A DNA stretch of 64,000 bases from positions 143,840,001-143,904,000 of the forward strand of contig OZ024743.1 in NCBI GenBank assembly GCA_964016885.1, in the 5' to 3' direction. Source of the DNA: Eledone cirrhosa (Eukaryota). Shown one piece after another: positions 18,428 to 33,843 of the stretch; positions within the stretch are counted from its first letter, which is position 1; every line of letters starts with the position of its first letter. Made by a program: the position numbers and the translations under genes. The notes under the pieces are model-generated. The model searched no databases. It saw only the letters and a list, made by a program, of their open reading frames with translations, and had not been told where the DNA came from.

Positions 18428-18510
<83 letters not shown>

Positions 18511-18511
18511 G

Positions 18512-18546
<35 letters not shown>

Positions 18547-18663
18547 GTATATATATGTATATATATATATATGTATATATATGTATATATATATATATGT
18601 ATATATATATATGTATATATATGTATATATATATATATATGTATATATATATGTATATATATG

Positions 18664-18696
<33 letters not shown>

Positions 18697-18773
18697 GCAT
18701 ATATATATGTATATATATATGTATATATATGTATATATATATATATATATGTGTATATATATGTATATATATG

Positions 18774-18804
<31 letters not shown>

Positions 18805-18827
18805 GCATATATATATATATATATATA

Positions 18828-19018
18828 ACGAAGGAAATGTGGTAAGGAACCAGGTGGACCATAACGCACCAAAGTACTCAATACTTGAGGTAGTAGAGTG
18901 GGTAATAGGAACCAGTAAGACCCCGACAGCTGAGCTCAAGCCGTTTCGACGGCAAATTCGAGTCCAGAATTAGCCGTCGAAACGGCTTGAGCTCAGCTGT
19001 CGGGGTCTTACTGGTTCC

Positions 19019-19021
<3 letters not shown>
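18828..19021. mobile_element. Palindromic PLE-terminus mini-insertion with partial hammerhead
   Basis: Inverted arms ~18905-18959 and 18967-19021, plus a one-sided tail at 18828-18904; GAAA-stem III-GUC present in both arms. Confidence 0.7.
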
Positions 19022-19077
<56 letters not shown>

Positions 19078-19104
19078 GCATATATATATATATGTATATA
19101 TATA

Positions 19105-19161
<57 letters not shown>

Positions 19162-19163
19162 GC

Positions 19164-19258
<95 letters not shown>

Positions 19259-19323
19259 AATATATATATATATGTATATACATATATACATAAATATATA
19301 TATATATGTATATACATATATAC

Positions 19324-19357
<34 letters not shown>

Positions 19358-19660
19358 GTATATACATATATACATATATATATATATATATGTATATGTA
19401 TATATATATATATGTATATATATATATGTATATATATATATGTATATATATATATATGTATATATGTATATATATATATGTATATATATATATATGTATA
19501 TATATATATGTATATATATATATGTATATGTATATATGTATATATATATATGTATATATATATATATGTATATATATGTATGTATATATATGTATGTAAA
19601 TATATGTATATATATATATATGTATATATATGTATGTATATATATGTATGTAAATATATG

Positions 19661-19691
<31 letters not shown>

Positions 19692-19740
19692 GTATATATA
19701 TGAGATGTGAGAAAAACCACAGACCCTCCATCTCAACTCA

Positions 19741-19778
19741 CCTTTTGAAAAGCAGAAGAACTGCGAAACCGGTAAAGG
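19741..19778 (+). ncRNA. Minimal type I hammerhead ribozyme, U3-A8 variant
   Basis: CCUU-UUGAAAA-GCAG(AAGAA)CUGC-GAAA-CCGG-UA-AAGG, within a ~215-bp unique island (19702-19916). Confidence 0.7.
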
Positions 19779-19909
19779 AACCAAATAAATATATATATTT
19801 AAAAAAAAAATAAGACTTCAGTTGCATTTTCGATTTCATCCCTTTTTCTTTATACTTCCACTCGTGTAGGACACCTCGGTTATTTTTCATTTTGTAAAAA
19901 AAACCTCAC

Positions 19910-19967
<58 letters not shown>

Positions 19968-19968
19968 G

Positions 19969-20027
<59 letters not shown>

Positions 20028-20038
20028 GTATATATATG

Positions 20039-20071
<33 letters not shown>

Positions 20072-20082
20072 GTATATATATG

Positions 20083-20113
<31 letters not shown>

Positions 20114-20271
20114 GTATATATATATATGTATATATATATATGTATATATATGTATGTATATATATATATGTATATATATGTATATATATATATGTATATA
20201 TATGTATGTATATATATATATTATATATATATGTATATATATGTATGTATATATATATATGTATATATATG

Positions 20272-20306
<35 letters not shown>

Positions 20307-20405
20307 GTATATATATGTATATATATATATATATATGTATATATATGTATATATATATATATATCTATATATATATGTATATATATATATATATGTATAT
20401 ATATG

Positions 20406-20436
<31 letters not shown>

Positions 20437-20437
20437 G

Positions 20438-20470
<33 letters not shown>

Positions 20471-20539
20471 GTATGTATATATATATGTATATATATGTAT
20501 ATATATATATGTATATATATATATGTATATATATATATG

Positions 20540-20588
<49 letters not shown>

Positions 20589-20625
20589 GTATATATATGT
20601 ATATATATATATGTATATATATATG

Positions 20626-20680
<55 letters not shown>

Positions 20681-20749
20681 GTATATATATGTATATATAT
20701 ATATGTATGTATATGTATATATATATATGTATATATATATATATGTATA

Positions 20750-20804
<55 letters not shown>

Positions 20805-20805
20805 G

Positions 20806-20916
<111 letters not shown>

Positions 20917-21410
20917 GTATATATATATATATGTATATATATATGTATATATATATATGTATATATATGTATATATATGTATATATATATATATGTATAT
21001 ATATGTATATATATATGTATATATATGTATATATATATATATATGTACATATATATGTATATATATATGTATATGTTTATGTATATATATATGTATATGT
21101 ATATATATGTATATATATATGTATATATATATATATGTATATATATGTATATATATATGTATATGTATATGTATATATATGTATATATATATGTATATAT
21201 ATATATATGTATATATATATGTATATATATATGTATATGTATATATATGTATATATATATGTATATGTATATATATGTATATATATATGTATATATATAT
21301 GTATATGTATATATATATGTATATATATATATGTATATATATATGTATATATATATATATGTATATATATGTATATGTATATATATATGTATATATATAT
21401 ATATATGTAC

Positions 21411-21498
<88 letters not shown>

Positions 21499-21531
21499 GT
21501 ATATATATTTTTTTTTTTTTTTTTTTATATG

Positions 21532-21584
<53 letters not shown>

Positions 21585-21746
21585 GTATATATATATGTAT
21601 ATGTATATATATGTATATATATATGTATATATATATGTATATGTATATATATATGTATATATATATATGTATATATATATGTATATATATATATATGTAT
21701 ATATATGTATATGTATATATATATGTATATATATATATATATGTAC

Positions 21747-21868
<122 letters not shown>

Positions 21869-21869
21869 G

Positions 21870-21921
<52 letters not shown>

Positions 21922-21979
21922 TATGTATCATCATTTTATCATCATCATTTTACGTCCGCTTTTCCCTGCTTTCCCTATG

Positions 21980-22082
<103 letters not shown>

Positions 22083-22097
22083 GTATATATATATATG

Positions 22098-22201
<104 letters not shown>

Positions 22202-22241
22202 TACATGTATATATGTATTTATATATATATATATGTATATA

Positions 22242-22302
<61 letters not shown>

Positions 22303-22313
22303 ATATATATATG

Positions 22314-22404
<91 letters not shown>

Positions 22405-22405
22405 G

Positions 22406-22542
<137 letters not shown>

Positions 22543-22546
22543 GTAC

Positions 22547-22618
<72 letters not shown>

Positions 22619-22624
22619 ATATAT

Positions 22625-24410
22625 AACTTTGAATAACTTTGAAATGTTTTGGCCAGTATTGGCCCAGGCCATGTCTAACTTAATAGCACCACCTGGCGAA
22701 GTCTTTCAATTCAGGATTTGGGCACCATGGCCCATTCGAGAAGAGAATTACTGTTTGCGGAGACATATCCGGGTGTGGGTGGTTTGTCCGGGATTACTTG
22801 GAGGAATTTGTCCAAAGACTTCTTGAATTTTGTGTGGTCAGTTTCTGTTTTGACGTGTCCTGGTGTGATGTTGAAGAGAGCAGGGCCGATTGAGGTGAAA
22901 TAATTGTGCCGTATTGTTGTTATGAGTTGCGATTTAGATTTTTGAATGGGACGGATAGCACGGGGCCCAAGCCTTGGGTGTATCTTGAAGGCGATGCCAA
23001 CATCATTTGGGCAGTGATGATGGAACATTTTCCACATCATGCAGATAATATAACGCTCACGGCGACGTTGGAGTGAGTAAAGTTTCAGGTTTTCCAATCG
23101 ACCCCAGTAGTCAAGGTCTGACATGCCATCTATCTTTTTCGTGATTGCCCTTTGAGGAGCTTCAAGTTTCATGATACTTTGTTTCGTGTGGGGAGACCAC
23201 AGTGGACAACAGTATTCAAGGTGTGGTCGGGCGAAAGTAGAGAAGAGAAGGATAATGGTGCGGGAATCTCTCGACTGGAAGGTTCTGAGGATCCAGGAAC
23301 ACATTCTGCGGGCCATGTCAACTTTGCTGCTTATATGCGTGGTCCAGCTTATGTTGCTGTCCACGGTTACTCCCAAGTCTCTGATGTTGTTAGATGCCAC
23401 GAGAGTTTCCCCGGAGGGAAGGGAGTACGGGAGTTTCAGAGCATCCTCTTTTCCAAAGTGGATCAGTTCGAATTTGTCTTCGTTCAGTAACATGTTGTTC
23501 TTTTCTGCCCATTGGGTAACAGCCAGTAGGTCTGACTGAAGGCTTATCCGGTCATCCACGCCATTGATGACCTTTTGGAGCTTGGAATCATCAGCGAAAA
23601 TTTTAATGTTGCTGTGTTTGATGATGTCAGTGATGTCATTAATATAGATGATGAAGAGAAGTGGGCCCAACACAGTGCCTTGTGGGACTCCACTACTGAC
23701 TTTGGCTGGGCTTGATTTGACTCCCTCAACTACAACATGTTGGGTTCTGTTTGACAGGAAGCTCTTGATCCACTGCAGCAGCTTTCCAGTGACACCAATA
23801 TTGGACAGCTTTCTCAGTAGAATGTTATGATCAACCCTGTCAAAGGCCTTGCTGAAATCAAGGTAGATAACATCAGTGTTGGAACCCTCTCCCAAGGCTC
23901 TCAAAATGTCATCAAAGTGATGCAGTAGTTGCGTCAGGCAATCCCTTCCATTACGGAATCCATGCTGGTTGGAGTTCAGCATATTGTTACTCTCAAGGAA
24001 GTGGGTCATTCGCGATCTCACCACTCGCTCAAATACCTTAATGATATGAGAGGTGAGTGAGATTGGACGGTAATTCACGGCAAGGGATTTGTTTCCCTTT
24101 TTGAAAACTGGGACAACAGACTGGGATAGAAGGTTTTCTGGCACATATCCAGCATCCAGTGAGTTCCGCCACAGATTGGCAAGAGGAGAAGCAAGTTGGT
24201 GTTGACACGCCTTCAAGACACAAGCAGGGAACCTATCGGGACCTACTGCTGAATTATGCTTGATTTCCTTTATTGCCGCCAAGACATCAGGGGCGCCAAA
24301 CGTTATGTCCGATAAGGTGTAATGGGGAGTAACATCGCCGATACAGCCCAGATCGGCCATATCAGGATTGCTGAAAACAGAGCAGTATTGTTTCTGCAGT
24401 ATCTCACCCA
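22625..24410 (-). mobile_element. 5'-truncated CR1-group LINE
   Basis: Open RT frame, short 3' UTR ending in duplicated TTCAAAGTTA, flanked by TA tracts. Confidence 0.88.
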
Positions 24411-24411
24411 T
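22711..24411 (-). CDS. CR1-like ORF2 reverse transcriptase (N-terminally truncated)
   Basis: [55 protein letters not shown]. Confidence 0.88.
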   Translation of the reverse strand: MGEILQKQYCSVFSNPDMADLGCIGDVTPHYTLSDITFGAPDVLAAIKEIKHNSAVGPDRFPACVLKACQHQLASPLANLWRNSLDAGYVPENLLSQSVVPVFKKGNKSLAVNYRPISLTSHIIKVFERVVRSRMTHFLESNNMLNSNQHGFRNGRDCLTQLLHHFDDILRALGEGSNTDVIYLDFSKAFDRVDHNILLRKLSNIGVTGKLLQWIKSFLSNRTQHVVVEGVKSSPAKVSSGVPQGTVLGPLLFIIYINDITDIIKHSNIKIFADDSKLQKVINGVDDRISLQSDLLAVTQWAEKNNMLLNEDKFELIHFGKEDALKLPYSLPSGETLVASNNIRDLGVTVDSNISWTTHISSKVDMARRMCSWILRTFQSRDSRTIILLFSTFARPHLEYCCPLWSPHTKQSIMKLEAPQRAITKKIDGMSDLDYWGRLENLKLYSLQRRRERYIICMMWKMFHHHCPNDVGIAFKIHPRLGPRAIRPIQKSKSQLITTIRHNYFTSIGPALFNITPGHVKTETDHTKFKKSLDKFLQVIPDKPPTPGYVSANSNSLLEWAMVPKS

Positions 24412-24464
24412 GGTTATGCATATATGTATATATGTATATATATGTATATATATATATGTATATA

Positions 24465-24513
<49 letters not shown>

Positions 24514-24520
24514 GTATATA

Positions 24521-24604
24521 CGTTATTCCGGGTTGAATCGGAGGTAACCACAGTAAGTAAGGTACTCAATACATAGCAGAGTATTCTCATCTATATTAAA
24601 ACTA
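24521..24604. mobile_element. 84-bp PLE-terminus mini-insertion (family of 36163-36364)
   Basis: Tail 24521-24584 plus a 20-bp inverted piece; both match the 36.2-kb palindrome. Confidence 0.75.
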
Positions 24605-24612
24605 TATATATG

Positions 24613-24645
<33 letters not shown>

Positions 24646-24656
24646 GTATATATATG

Positions 24657-24739
<83 letters not shown>

Positions 24740-24745
24740 ATATAT

Positions 24746-25541
24746 ACTAGTTAATATAAATTAATATATTTGATAAACACAAATACCAACATATCCGTGT
24801 TTGTATTGTAAACAACTATAGTTAGCTAGATTGAAAAATACTAATTATAATAATACAGTTTGCCTGTCTCGATTTAAAGTAATAAATCAATAAAAACAAT
24901 GCATACTGGTGCTTGGACAAATTTAAATTTCAAAATCAAACCTGTTCCGTAGACATGTTTAAAATCCAAATATGTTTCGGAAAATGAAAAAAGTGGAAGA
25001 ATACCGCATTTCTATCTCCTCAGCAAGCACCAGAAAAATTGGTATATTCCACTTCAAAATATTTTAAAAGACTGTTTAACGCACATGGTTTATCACATAT
25101 GGTTATCCAGTGTCTAGCTGCCCCATACTCATGCTGCTAGAAATAACAGCCGTTTATATGGGGCTAAATTTTTAAATCGAGACAGGCAAACTGTATTATT
25201 ATAATTAGTATTTTTCAATCTAGCTAACTATAGTCGTTTACAATACAAACACGGATATGTTGGCATTTGTGTATATCAAATATATTAATTTATATTAACT
25301 AGTATTACACGGCTCGGAAATACTTCTTTCTTTGAGCTATTACATTGTAAAGGACTGCCTGAGGTTTGAACTCTTTATTGATAGTATACTGCTCCTTACG
25401 TAGAGCTAAATTTAGCCCCATATAAACGGCTGTTATTTCTAGCAGCACGAGTATGGGGCAGCTAGACACTGGATAACCGTATGTGATAAACCATGTGCGT
25501 TAAACAGTCTTTTTAAATATTTTGAAGTGGAACATACCAAT
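24746..25541. repeat. Interlocked inverted repeats (A-B-C-A'-D-C'), probably a PLE-terminus derivative
   Basis: 24746-24878 is the reverse complement of 25171-25303; 25039-25172 is the reverse complement of ~25407-25541. Confidence 0.75.
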
Positions 25542-25900
25542 GTCGTGTTTCATGCACATCACGTGACCGTACGTTGTCTTCTCTCGAGTAAACAACATCT
25601 GATCCCTCTTATTCCTAATTTCTCCCTTAGTTCGTTTATGCTTTGCCGTTCACGTATATTACTATTACACATCCAGCGGAGCATGCAAGCTTCGTTCCTC
25701 TCTAGTCTGCGTATATCCCCTGCACACAATGCCCAGGTCTCACTGCCATGGTCTCACTGCCATGTTACATTGCTGTTCGTATGCAGGCATCATACAGCCT
25801 GCCTTTCATTTTTATAGAGAACCCTTTAGCAGCCAATAGTGGTATAAGCTCTCTGATCTTTTTCCATCCCGTTCTGACTCTAGCTAGTGTACTTTTTGAG
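25542..25900 (-). pseudogene. RTE ORF internal fragment (C-terminal region)
   Basis: Highly similar to ~815-1160; contains a tandem duplication of GGTCTCACTGCCAT. Confidence 0.85.
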
Positions 25901-25939
25901 TACATGTATATGTATATATATATATATAATGTATGTATG

Positions 25940-26032
<93 letters not shown>

Positions 26033-26204
26033 ATATATATATATATAGATATATATATATATAATGTATGTATATATATATATATATATGTATGTATATA
26101 TATATATATATATAGATATATATATATATATATATAATGTATGTATATATATATATATGTATGTATATATATATATATAGATATATATATATATATATAT
26201 AATG

Positions 26205-26244
<40 letters not shown>

Positions 26245-26245
26245 G

Positions 26246-26773
<528 letters not shown>

Positions 26774-27017
26774 TATATGTATATATATATATGTATATAT
26801 ATATGTATGTATATATGTATGTATATATGTATATATATATGTATATATATATATGTATGTATATATGTATGTATATATGTATATATATATGTATGTATAT
26901 ATGTATGTATATATGTATATATATATGTATGTATATATGTATATATATATGTATATATATATGTATGTATATATGTATGTATATATGTATATATATATGT
27001 ATATATATTTGTATGTA

Positions 27018-27070
<53 letters not shown>

Positions 27071-27330
27071 GTATATATATTTGTATGTATATATGTATAT
27101 ATATATATATATATCGTTTCTGAATTTGTTTAGCAAGATTCTTTATCTGAAATCGTGTGTTGAAACCGATATTGTTATACTTTGGGAGGGTCATGTTGCC
27201 AATAAGAAACACACGCACCAGTTGCTTTCACTTCAATTTATTATATATTTATAAATTTATAAATTTACAAATCTACAAACTTATAAATTTCTGGTTGGTT
27301 GGTTCCACAACCAGATAATTGTTTATATAT

Positions 27331-27375
27331 AGTCATAGTCCTTTCGTCACACACTCTGTGACCTCTTCAGTGACT
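27331..27375 (-). ncRNA. Minimal hammerhead ribozyme
   Basis: AGUCA-CUGAAGA-G-GUCAC(AGAGUGU)GUGAC-GAAA-GGAC-UA-UGACU. Confidence 0.8.
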
Positions 27376-27633
27376 GGGGATTCCTTTCTTCGTTTCTGTG
27401 CCTTTCCTTTCTTCTATCCTACGCCATTTTGTTTCTGTGTGTGTGTTGTGTGCTCAGTTTGCGCATGCGCCACATCCGGGTGTCTGTGTGTGTTTGTGTT
27501 CATTTATCTATTTGTTTATTTATTTATTTATTTATTGTTGGTTGGTTGTTTGTTCTATGTGTGTGTGTGTTTTCATTTTGTCCTTAATTGTAAGTTGTTT
27601 GTTCTATGTGTGTGTGTGTTTTCATTTTGTCCT

Positions 27634-28550
27634 TAATTGTAAGTCGTGATGTTGCTGTTCCACTCATATTTTCTATTTAATTTTGGTTTTAATTCTTTTA
27701 TGCTTACTGCCTCTGTAATTTGCCTAAACATTGCGTCTTTTCTGTGTGTGGATTCTATTTTTATTTCTATGCTCTCTAATCTACCCTTTGTTCTATCTTA
27801 GCATGTTGGTAGAGCACAGATGATTCTTTATTATCTTGGAGGTCTCGCCAGTGTTCATTTATTCGTTCCCCTATACTACGAGCTGTCTCACCTATGTACA
27901 CTATATTTTTGTTTCTACATTGTCCTTCAGTACATCTTATGCTATACACTACATTTCTAGTTTTACAGTTAATATGGGGGCTTATTTTACAGGTTATACA
28001 TTTCTTATCTATACATGAGGGTCTTTGGAACGGGTATGTCTTGCTAATAAGTGTTTTTACGGAGGTACCTGGTTTTTCTACTATCTTAATATTGAGATTA
28101 TGTTTATTTAGGGCCCTTCTAAATTTGTAGGCTAGTTTGCCTCTAGGGGTTGTATTGATGAACATTACACTCTGGTATTTATTGCTATCATACCATGAGT
28201 TTATTCTATTGGCCTTGTTCCTAGTTCTTTCTATTCTATTCCAAAATTTGCTCCTATACAAGGGGCAGGTCCCATTTATGTCATTATTTACCATTTTTTC
28301 CCATTTGGTTCTGGCTCCTTTATACACTCTGATTCTATCTCTCTGATTGTAGCCAGAGAACTGCATACGGTGGATGAAGTGTTGTATGTGTCTCTCTAGT
28401 TCTTCGGGGTTGCGCATGCGGGACACATTTCTCATCACCCGTACCAAATCCGCAATCAGTATGTTGATTTTGGTATGGTCCGAAATAGCCGAGTTTCGGT
28501 GGATCAGATGTTTGGAAGTCATGGGTTTGGCATAATGGGAATGGAGGATT
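27634..28550 (-). pseudogene. PLE RT thumb + GIY-YIG endonuclease, frameshifted near 27776
   Basis: CITC..CKTRNVVYSIRC..YIGETARSIGERINEH; continues after the break as RQITEAVSI..LNRKYEW. Confidence 0.85.
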
Positions 28551-28764
28551 TGACGAAAGGACTATGACTATATATAAACAACTATCTGGTTGTGGAACCA
28601 ACCAACCAGAAATTTATAAGTTTGTAGATTTGTAAATTTATAAATTTATAAATATATAATAAATTGAAGTGAAAGCAACTGGTGCGTGTGTTTCTTATTG
28701 GCAACATGACCCTCCCAAAGTATAACAATATATATATATATATATATGTATGTATATATGTATG

Positions 28765-28799
<35 letters not shown>

Positions 28800-28889
28800 G
28801 TATATATGTATGTATATATATATATATGTATATATGTATATTTATATATATAGATATGTATGTATATATATATGTATATATATATATAT

Positions 28890-29265
28890 AATTCTAGGAG
28901 AAGGAAAACTCTGATATAACACCTGCAACCCTGATGGTATCCAATGATGTTGACTTGTTCTTCTTTTTGGTAAATATCATCTTGGTTAAGAGAGTGGGAC
29001 TGGCTTTGTGCAGTGCCTTTGCTCACTATAAAAGCTTCACGGCACAGGCATTGCTTTATATCTGGAGATCTCTCTGCACTTGCCGTCACATGGTACCATG
29101 GGCCCAGCACTATGTGTCAATAATTGTCACAAGTGTAGTGTTTGTACCAGAGTTTTCAAGTCGCTGGCTGGACTAAAAAGTCACACTCGTTCAGCGCATC
29201 GGTAGGGGTTCTCCTACATGGATATAAAGTAGTGGCCGTACTCGAAAACGAGTTGGCAGCCACCA
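28890..29265 (+). mobile_element. RTE-derived element, copy 4 (5'-truncated)
   Basis: Starts AATTCTAGGAGAAGGAAAACTCTGA and ends GGCAGCCACCA followed by (TA)n. Confidence 0.85.
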
Positions 29266-30389
<1,124 letters not shown>

Positions 30390-30391
<2 letters not shown>

Positions 30392-30971
30392 ATCAAGGTT
30401 TAGCAAATAAGAAAAAGTTTTAAAATAAATTTTAAAAAGTTCACTGTACCTGCTGTAATTACCCTTACCGTACGGAAATAAATGGATAATCCATGCGGAA
30501 ATCCATTGAAAAGGAAGACTTTCGTCAGAGGGTTCTTTTCGCTCGGAGAATATAAAATTACCGAGTTCAAATCACGAACTGGCGCTATTCAAAATTGTTC
30601 CCGAGACGAGAGTGTATGATGAAGAAGCAATTCTGTCTAGTGCCGTTTGTAAAGATAGAAGGCAGAGGCGGAAATGTCAATCTACTGCCACTAGAAATGG
30701 CAGCAGTTAAAACGACCAAAATGTTATCTCGACCAGGGGAGATTAATAATAATAAGGTATGTAGCCCTATATGGTTTAGCAAATTATCCATTTATTTTGA
30801 GACTTGAAGCCGTACGGTAAGGGTAATTACAGCAGCGACAGTGAACTTTCAAAAATTTATTTTAAAACTTTTTCTTATTTGCTAAACCTTGATTATATAT
30901 GTTCTGGCTCGTTAATTTATTAACCTGCCATAGAACCACATTGGCATACAGTTGGATAATACACGTGTCCC
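30390..30971. mobile_element. Asymmetric palindromic PLE-terminus insertion
   Basis: 30390-30476 is the reverse complement of 30810-30895; tail 30896-30971; split hammerhead halves. Confidence 0.7.
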
Positions 30972-31040
30972 TATATGTATTTTGCATATAGGGCTACATA
31001 CCTTATTATATATCTATGTATGTATATATGTATATATATA

Positions 31041-31073
<33 letters not shown>

Positions 31074-31092
31074 ATATATATATATATGTATA

Positions 31093-31145
<53 letters not shown>

Positions 31146-31301
31146 ATATGTATGTATATATATATATGTATGTATATATGTATATATATATATCGTTTCT
31201 TATTGGCAGCATGACCCTCCCAAAGTATAACAATATATATATATATATATATGTATGTATATATGTATATACATATATATATGTATGTATATATATATAT
31301 G

Positions 31302-31384
<83 letters not shown>

Positions 31385-31525
31385 ATATATATATGTATAT
31401 ATGTATATATATATATGTATATATGTATATATATATATGTATGTATATATGTATATATATATATATGTATGTATATACATATATATATATATATGTATGT
31501 ATATACATATATATATATATATATG

Positions 31526-31576
<51 letters not shown>

Positions 31577-31795
31577 ATATGTATATATGTATATATATAT
31601 ATGTATGTATATATGTATATATGTATATATATATATGTATGTATATATGTATATATATATATGTATGTATATATGTATATATGTATATATGTATGTATAT
31701 ATGTATATATATATATATATGTATGTATATATGTATATATGTATATATATATAAACAATTAAGTTAAATATATATATATATAAACAATTAAGGTA

Positions 31796-31840
31796 AATAT
31801 TGCTGATGAGATGTAACAACATCGAAACTAGTCCAATATT
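31796..31840 (+). ncRNA. Minimal type I hammerhead ribozyme, canonical core
   Basis: AAUAUUG-CUGAUGA-GAUGU(AACA)ACAUC-GAAA-CUAG-UC-CAAUAUU, in a unique island at ~31751-32130. Confidence 0.9.
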
Positions 31841-32182
31841 CCTTGTCTGGCTTTCTGGAGAATAGAGGAAAGGTGTTTCCTCAAAAACCAGTATGACTCT
31901 AAAAACCGGTTTGTCTGTGTGTTTACATACAGAATAGCTGGACACTCACAGTAAAGTGACCAGTGAAAAACTCGGTACATCTACATATGTACACGTGTGT
32001 GTATTCATATGCATACTAGTATTTCAGTATACATATGTGGATGTACATTTTTAACTTAATTGTTTAAGCGTCAGTCATACAAAAGTGAGTTACAAACGAA
32101 ACGAAATTTAATTTCGTTTCGTTATTTGTTTTTATATATATATATATATATGTATGTATATATGTATATAAGTATATATGTA

Positions 32183-32295
<113 letters not shown>

Positions 32296-32316
32296 GTATA
32301 TATATATATATATATT

Positions 32317-32821
32317 TCGTTTCTGAATTTGTTTAGCAAGATTCTTTATCTGAAATCGTGTGTTGAAACCGATATTGTTATACTTTGGGAGGCTCATGTT
32401 GCCAATAAGAAACACACGCACCAGTTGCTTTCACTTCAATTTATTATATATTTATAAATTTACAAATCTACAAATCTACAAAAAAAAAATGAACACAAAC
32501 ACACACAGACACCTGGATGTGGCGCATGCGGAAACTGAGCACACAACACACAGAAACAAAATGGCGTAGGATGGAAGAAAGGAAAGGCACAGAAACGCAG
32601 AAAGGAATCCCCAGTCACTGAAGAGGTCACAGAGTGTGTGACGAAAGGACTATGACTATATATATAAACAACTATTTGGTTGTGGAACCAACCAACCAAC
32701 CAGAAATTTATAAGTTTGTAGATTTGTAGATTTGTAAATTTATAAATATATAATAAATTGAAGTGAAAGCAACTGGTGCGTGTGTTTCTTATTGGCAACA
32801 TGACCCTCCCAAAGTATAACA

Positions 32822-32825
<4 letters not shown>
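32317..32825. mobile_element. Palindromic terminal-repeat insertion of the 27-kb PLE family
   Basis: Minus-strand terminus with tail at 32317-32480, joined to plus-strand terminus at ~32483-32825. Confidence 0.85.
32613..32657 (+). ncRNA. Minimal hammerhead ribozyme (same as 27331-27375)
   Basis: AGTCACTGAAGAGGTCACAGAGTGTGTGACGAAAGGACTATGACT. Confidence 0.8.
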
Positions 32826-32853
<28 letters not shown>

Positions 32854-32888
32854 ATGTATGTATATATGTACATATATATATATATTAT

Positions 32889-33494
32889 GTCAGGTCACCA
32901 GTTGGTGCTACTGGTAACATGTATCCCAGTACAACCTGTCTCATGGTTGGGTCGTTGGCGACTAAACTGGCAACTCCACCAAGGTTTCTTGGTGAGGAAG
33001 GTGACTTTGGACATCCTGCAGGACTAAAAACAAAACCTGTCAAAGGGCAAAGGAGCTCTTAAGAGTCAATGGCCATCCAAAATCAACGGGAGAGATGACC
33101 CCTTAGCCTTTGTCAAGGCAGAATTCTAGGAGAAGGAAAACTCTGATACAACACCTGCAACCCTGATGGTATCCAATGATGTTGACTTGTTCTTCTTTTT
33201 GGTAAATATCATCTTGTTTAAGAGAGTGGGACTGGCTTTGTGCAGAGCCTTTGCTCACTATCAAAGCTTCACGGCACAGGCATTGCTTTATATCTGGTGA
33301 TCTCTCTGCACTTGTCGTCACATGGTACCATGGGCCCAGCACTATGTGTCAATAATTGTCACAAGTGTAGTGTTTGTACCAGAGTTTTCAAGTCGCTGGC
33401 TGTACTAAAAAGTCACTCGTTCAGCGCATCGGTAGGGGTTCTCCTATATGGATATAAAGTAGTGGCCATACTCGAAAACGAGTTGGCAGCCACC

Positions 33495-33495
<1 letters not shown>
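32889..33495 (+). mobile_element. RTE-derived element, copy 5 (full length)
   Basis: Same 5' start GTCAGGTCACC and same 3' end as copy 1. Confidence 0.85.
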
Positions 33496-33562
<67 letters not shown>

Positions 33563-33640
33563 ATGTATGTATATATATATATATATATATGTATGTATAT
33601 ATGTATATATGTATATTGATGATATATATATATGTATGTA

Positions 33641-33683
<43 letters not shown>

Positions 33684-33750
33684 ATATGTGTATATATGTA
33701 TATATATATATATATATGTATGTATATATGTGTATATATATACATATATA

Positions 33751-33793
<43 letters not shown>

Positions 33794-33843
33794 ATATGTG
33801 TATATATATATATGTATATATGTGTATATATATATATATATAT

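Larger units (their letters stand above)
27114..28731 (-). mobile_element. Penelope-like element (non-Naiad, Cys-linker type), 5'-truncated, with inverted terminal fragment
   Basis: RT-thumb/GIY-YIG coding at ~27634-28550, 3' terminus with HHR at 27114-27630, inverted terminal copy at 28550-28731. Confidence 0.85.
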
